Under the pieces are notes generated by a model. That model worked only from the letters and a program-made list of their open reading frames with translations. It was not told where the DNA came from and did no database searches. Source: TPA_inf: Saccharomyces (Eukaryota). From it: a DNA stretch of 64,000 nt. Each line of letters begins with the position of its first letter. The stretch's first letter is position 1. The stretch spans positions 704,001 through 768,000 of the forward strand of contig BK006949.2 in the NCBI GenBank assembly GCA_000146045.2, in the 5' to 3' direction. Shown piece by piece: positions 62,001 through 64,000 of the stretch. The translations under genes were made by a program, and so were the position numbers.

Positions 62001-63494
62001 TTTCCAGGATTGGTTCTGACCTCGGACTGTCAACAATACTGCGCTGTATATGCAATCGCAGAAGATTTACTTTCCTTTGGATCATCATTGGATGAAAAAG
62101 TTGAGAAACTTTCCAGGATATTATTTACTGATGAGGTCAGAAATAACCTGGAAAATCTTGATGTCTCTGTTGTCACAGCATTACAAGAAAGAATAAAGGA
62201 ACTCTATTATACGCGAGCATACCTCAAACTTCACGAGCCAAGATTGTTTATGAAATCAGGACAAGAGCTAACCTTCGATATTCAAACTAGTACGTTGAAG
62301 TTGACGTTACTTATGACGGCAATCAAGAAAACTTACGACCGGATGGGGAGTGGTAATAGAGTAATACAGAAAAGATTGAGGTGGCAAGTTGGAACAGATG
62401 AATTGATATGGGAATTGTACGATGAGAGTAAAACTCCTTTCGTGACTATCGGATTGGGGCCCTCTACATTTATTCGTTCAGAAACTTCCGATGGCACTAA
62501 TAGTAATAAAGTATCCATTTCTTCCTTACAATGTTTCAACCAGCAAGAAAATCCCGTTTACACTGAATTGCTGGCCCCCTTTTATGAAAATTCATCCTAT
62601 AATAAGAACGCGCCAATGGTAGAAATTTTTTGGATCCTGGGGCCATCAGTTGGAGGTATTTCAGATCTGCAAGATTTGATTGTTTCTCTACAGCCATTGA
62701 TTTTCAAGATGGATCACAAAACATCGGAAAAACTAATGAATTATCTATTTCCAAAGATAGAACAAACTTCCATAGAACCCAATTCTCCAGAACTTGTACC
62801 ACGTTCTTCCACTAGTTCCTTCTTTTCATCGTCTCCAGTTTTACGGCACAGTCTTTCTAACGGTTCTTTATCTGTGTACGATGCGAAAGACGTTGACTCT
62901 TGGGACTTGCGTAGTATCCAGAGCAAAGAAGGTATCAAAAAGCATAAGGGTGATCATAGAAAATTGTCAGCATCACTTTTTGTGCAACCTGATTATAACA
63001 TCAATGAAATGGTCAAAAGATCAGGGACATTTTTCAATGTAAAATCTATTATAATCCGAAAAACTCTAATGTCCGTGTGTTATAAGGGTTCACACAGCCT
63101 TTTGACCGATGTTAATAACCTGATTGTTAGAGTCCCTGTTTTAAAGTACCATAACAAACTGTGGTCGAGGGAAGAATTTTTTACTGCTTTGAAAAGAGAC
63201 GTCGTAAGAATAGTTTTACAACATTTGGGAAATATTATTGGTAACAAATTTTTGCCTCATAAAAAAGAGAATAAGAAAAAAACTTCTATGGAAATACATC
63301 GATTACTAAGTCCAGATTCTCAAAATCGTGATAATTCACATATCCTTGAAGTCGAAGGGCATAATTCATTTTATAGCTCCACGCACTCTTCAGATATCAG
63401 ATCAATAAACTCAGATGAAACGTATAATGAAAATGATGGAAATGGAGTAAAGCCATTTTACCCTGTTACGAGTGAGTTTTCAAAAAATAAATGA
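56025..63494 (+). CDS. YPR117W (HOB2), Fmp27/Hobbit-family bridge-like lipid-transfer protein, 2489 aa
   Basis: The track's start at 56004 is TTG. The first ATG, at 56025 (MSMLPWSQIRDV...), gives 2489 aa with an N-terminal transmembrane anchor, which matches YPR117W. Confidence 0.85.
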   Translation: MSMLPWSQIRDVSKLLLGFMLFIISIQKIASILMSWILMLRHSTIRKISFGYFFGTSIRRAFILTDFAQIYIGKITLRIGWKPGIVFHNVDLKLFGKDSHITAHSTKDSRTYFNPRDQTFTFVINRRVLSILKLVFSFSTFFHTLALTVPNGKQYKLNIGSITISHPHDDTIKLEAFLHDFTHPETKDTLNHTGFFMVCKIGKEDDTGSNCTKVILKNWKSSLKISDVCWHLPEKKGKNLHSEPVEPFSAGDDAEMLTSYRKMLKPFHYPLKTLNILDLKVENVKLIYKKKFTIRISSAQLYLESISILNNVSALELLPLNKPTWGDFELSLSANAVVVDIDGNTAVRIPFGNVILTSDILLFLLDNVPLRRTKVSSILNIINPSVFLTIHQVLEVLHLVDKFDSPETSSCTNTNDRSLNILDLDIDRLPSFNFELLMSNFISRLHISDEENVTFKVFSTHALFSRNNLSMTPKKGQVMQIRPDWPFAKTALVSDQLSNYIKIVGTSLSYLRIPTEQDANPVSIPVCGFERLDTFLDEFSNSKLIVQSTLRHSYVSLENIEVLHTLSRAFDKIYLLISSRTKRNAAHKANGGKLGDLNEAKKTFNWSLKLRMKDISCSLLVAGFLPKNLDPVEAENFNLSDVTRGAKVVFTESILLADSQEKNFTIIDASVYRFMDGTTYKPSPEVIIQFTNLLLSFNDSDEIHFSLPKIKFKMDVNIIWLWFYIRSIWIKFRPNSKLSRNSVSSVKSVNVLDRLRVDIGKMIIELTLPHNTEVLLIFERIGLSSSTKNLTIASLSAYVVSVYVKHIKVYVSLLNINDFELDTEELICKKSAVINTSLIHFHAEYHFRFYMITDNIVTLYKSFKQIKLAFSNLNEFKRLYPQQQFPKKVPNLHICCQDFLIDIEEDPFEQELGLILKVGVLEQRERLKKLEEFKEKLSTYEDMNVRLRSLYDTSRGQSFFPEFYANDQEYEQKAYLRLLENFSTSWIARYRKAKLSFYGMPYRVISREELGTKYHLFTRQKTSTVANLVVKDLDFKLGSPSFPLDNYMDFVYQYGKKVPKSTEYTLLIILGLKIKSALWELRLRDYPIPAISFPDTFTTGDVVFAEKMPAPCALHTVYVPFVSSAQRSPYNDANTIYGLHIIRTINSVKTYFNIRSMVTSSSSARITWGKSLQPGYESLMLWFDFLTKPLIDPSKKLGFWDKFRYLVHGKWIYEFSEESEIHLNIKGSHDPYKITDDGAGLAFCWSGGTTIYVHNSTDPKEFLKIESQRFQLAVPDFAKVSKFDKVFMKLDGRVIWTLGLLFEQGDISKAGDEERFLPNRPHYEIQLMNPDGVADLDHHDTYKGFRTSFIHMSFGVYSSEHGSINSLYLAPYALTHFFKWWNLFHTYTSGPIRQGRLFTDVLQNKTKFGRSLFTIAYQLHLKRLMVTHIYRHITTQYDLEKDRKITFTGLKGRFDSLKIDLHQKRVKLTHTNQKLNKSKPVWKFKMSRGEIDCAEADIRILSTLFDQEAVKEILTSGLDGILEDEPSRPITPQDVEYLRESDWYDYEDYIDLNQVPLGSSLPLKLEAIPLLYSPRISYFRKINDDGYVLAYPFGTEESHNCLIGKNHPELTQEKLATERKREIEEQLKLLHITLSELQSNKGGGSVSGNSERYARELKAEVAELNHRLHTVNTILSDLKISETIPGGNTDGDSSSSLSDTDVNLENAPPIQNRISLLRTNTVESFVSMRKASTMQVESTYDNRFMVHNIELKIDNKIRHHLLEYASSAFERKSMRFAVTYKSVTILKELLGNVLTGVRTSVEDYGSILEDDLASNSEFIEHFEKLIREVPSDDFDYVDNYLFRLISPQVQIKSDVERNAAVILAARDIEMGIIDIVQVYGKSGKRIPVDVDTIVETRYSAVSKDIQLFTLFKKDLEGPEGRFFHKNGYGSDKESDIWPPWIPLEMCFDGSLLDKHVFLKRRSMFLTYVAPNPLFFSANDTSAFSYDSRFRIAFPGLVLTSDCQQYCAVYAIAEDLLSFGSSLDEKVEKLSRILFTDEVRNNLENLDVSVVTALQERIKELYYTRAYLKLHEPRLFMKSGQELTFDIQTSTLKLTLLMTAIKKTYDRMGSGNRVIQKRLRWQVGTDELIWELYDESKTPFVTIGLGPSTFIRSETSDGTNSNKVSISSLQCFNQQENPVYTELLAPFYENSSYNKNAPMVEIFWILGPSVGGISDLQDLIVSLQPLIFKMDHKTSEKLMNYLFPKIEQTSIEPNSPELVPRSSTSSFFSSSPVLRHSLSNGSLSVYDAKDVDSWDLRSIQSKEGIKKHKGDHRKLSASLFVQPDYNINEMVKRSGTFFNVKSIIIRKTLMSVCYKGSHSLLTDVNNLIVRVPVLKYHNKLWSREEFFTALKRDVVRIVLQHLGNIIGNKFLPHKKENKKKTSMEIHRLLSPDSQNRDNSHILEVEGHNSFYSSTHSSDIRSINSDETYNENDGNGVKPFYPVTSEFSKNK

Positions 63495-63751
63495 GGAAAC
63501 ACACACATGTGTCTAGCGTAAATATTCTTCAGTTATATAGTAATTGTATTATATACTAAAATGAAAATCAGTAAGATTTTTTTTTTACAGGCCTTCTTGG
63601 CGTTAGTTTTTCCGGTTTTTCACTTACTAAGATGAGATGATGGGGCGCACGGCCAAAGTATTCCCCATTCATCAATTTAGCATGCTAGAATAAAAAGATT
63701 AAGAGCAATATCTACGACCGACAAAGTGATCTATCAAACTGCTGACAAAAA

Positions 63752-64000
63752 ATGTCGTTGGAAGCCATCGTCTTTGATAGATCGGAGCCAGAAAATGTTT
63801 CGGTAAAGGTACTTGATCAATTACTTTTACCATATACTACTAAATACGTTCCAATTCACACAATTGATGATGGGTACTCAGTCATCAAAAGTATGCAGGT
63901 GAGAGGTGCCCCGGCAATTGCAATTGTGGGTTCGTTATCTGTTTTGACTGAGGTACAATTAATAAAACACAACCCAACTTCTGATGTTGCTACGCTGTAT
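63752..64000 (+). CDS. MRI1: MRI1 (YPR118W), methylthioribose-1-phosphate isomerase; only the 5' end is present, because the window edge truncates it
   Basis: ATG at 63752 opens [37 protein letters not shown]..., which matches the Mri1 N-terminus. The ORF runs off the window. Confidence 0.8.
   Translation, partial: MSLEAIVFDRSEPENVSVKVLDQLLLPYTTKYVPIHTIDDGYSVIKSMQVRGAPAIAIVGSLSVLTEVQLIKHNPTSDVATLY

Overview
This 64-kb window is nuclear DNA of Saccharomyces cerevisiae. From the encoded proteins I recognise it as the right arm of chromosome XVI, running from DIB1 (YPR082C) to the 5' end of MRI1 (YPR118W). It is ordinary, gene-dense eukaryotic chromosome. It holds about 37 protein-coding genes, of which one (YPR098C) is spliced, and a tRNA-Thr(UGU) gene with an oligo-T Pol III terminator. 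It also holds a minus-strand polycistronic box C/D snoRNA array in the 1.1-kb gap between NVJ2 and ASR1, which the ORF track cannot show. By position and by rRNA guide complementarity I read this array as snR41-snR70-snR51. Regulon-specific promoter motifs are visible directly in the sequence. PACE (GGTGGCAAA) sits upstream of both proteasome genes, PRE2 and RPN7. PAC (GCGATGAG) plus RRPE (AAAATTTT) sit upstream of the ribosome-biogenesis genes MRD1 and RPC40. A Rap1 site with Reb1 and Cbf1 sites lies in the RPL11A/PRE2 intergenic region. A TTAGGG (Tbf1) site plus a TATA box lies upstream of the snoRNA array. The ORF track uses GTG/TTG as starts, so several N-termini are over-extended and the real starts are internal ATGs: DIB1, ASA1, YPR097W, SNT309, COG4, RPC40, RRG8 and YPR117W. 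I found no CRISPR array, no prokaryotic-style defence island, no Ty element or solo LTR, and nothing I would call a novel multi-gene system. The observations worth a second look are the snoRNA cluster and its squeezed promoter, degenerate boxes in snR41, overlapping convergent 3' ends, and a few repeats and homopolymers. Gene identities rest on my recognition of yeast protein sequences and known lengths, not on a database search.
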